This document shows, piece after piece, positions 63,473-64,000 of a DNA stretch of 64,000 nucleotides. The DNA lies in NCBI GenBank assembly GCA_010093815.1, contig ML996573.1. One strand, given 5' to 3'. Both the position numbers and the translations under genes were made by a program. Within the stretch, counting starts at the first letter, position 1; every line of letters begins with the position of its first letter. The notes beneath the pieces are model-generated. The model searched no databases and was not told the DNA's origin. It was given only the letters and a program-made list of their open reading frames with translations. This DNA is from Pseudovirgaria hyperparasitica (Eukaryota).

Positions 63473-64000
63473 TCATACCACTTTCAAACCTTCCAAGACA
63501 CGTATGGCTCTCAATCCTTCCGCCTCGAAGGCCAAGATAGCCTTCTCTGCCTGCTCCAAAAAGCGCTTTTCAGCAATCTCTGCAGTGTGTTCCACGAATT
63601 CAGCGACGGTCATTGCTTTTTCAGCCGCGGTAAGGTGGTTTCTGATGTCACCCACGACATTTTCAAATCGGCTCTTAATCGGCTCCATGAGCATGATGTT
63701 CTCTACGTCGATGGCAGTCCAAGACAGCTGTGGAGTAGTACACATGATGTCCGACGACTGGCCATCGAGCTCATCAATGTTGAATGAGAGGTCTAGCTCT
63801 GGAGTTGGCTCCTTTGGAGTGCCGTCACGGGTGCGCTTGGTGCCCGCACGAGTAGGGGAGGCACGGCTAGATGCGGTGGAGAGCTTCTTTGCTTTCGAGG
63901 GACCGGCTTTAGTCTTCTTCTGTTCAGTCATCGCAAAGAAAGGGCAGTCTGGTGATCTGCGCTTATGTTCTTCCGCAGGGTCGTCCTTCTGTTCCCAGCC
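63473..64000 (-). CDS. BIR1: Bir1/survivin chromosomal passenger subunit (3' part; start outside window)
   Basis: Frame open from the window edge: GWEQKDDPAEEHKRRSPDCPFF (end of a BIR domain); C-terminal LTAAEKAMTVAEFV...FEAEGLRAIRVLEGL helix. Confidence 0.85.
   Translation of the reverse strand, partial: GWEQKDDPAEEHKRRSPDCPFFAMTEQKKTKAGPSKAKKLSTASSRASPTRAGTKRTRDGTPKEPTPELDLSFNIDELDGQSSDIMCTTPQLSWTAIDVENIMLMEPIKSRFENVVGDIRNHLTAAEKAMTVAEFVEHTAEIAEKRFLEQAEKAILAFEAEGLRAIRVLEGLKVV

Overview
Eukaryotic, intron-containing DNA from a filamentous ascomycete (Pezizomycotina; a Chaetothyriales/black-yeast affinity is a guess only). It holds about 25 protein-coding genes, mostly with short introns carrying CTRAY branch sites. 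Left half, in order: SQT1 (cut by the left edge), a large histone-fold-like/low-complexity protein, glutamine synthetase, an MFS transporter spanning an N gap, LSB1/PIN3-like SH3 protein, carboxylesterase, cytochrome P450, GT8 (GNT1-like), RSR1, an AKR7-like reductase and CDC45. Right half: a GRISEA/Mac1-like copper-fist factor, NNT1/EFM7, an SDR, a PTH11-like protein, mitochondrial thiolase, a secreted triple PAN/Apple-like protein, bZIP-DUF3425, D-lactate dehydrogenase, a small membrane protein, a second PTH11-like protein, a SIKE-like coiled-coil protein, an IMPACT-family protein, haspin and BIR1 (cut by the right edge). I found no rRNA, tRNA, CRISPR array or recognisable transposon. The main leads are: (1) a 630-nt structured, G-quadruplex-capable intron in glutamine synthetase; (2) haspin lying tail-to-tail with a compact Bir1/survivin; (3) non-canonical splice sites (GG-AG, GC-AG, GAG acceptor); (4) an in-frame TGA followed by a protein-like tail in the IMPACT gene; (5) a recurrent C/A-to-G/T composition switch inside exons. 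All gene names come from recalled motifs; no database search was run.
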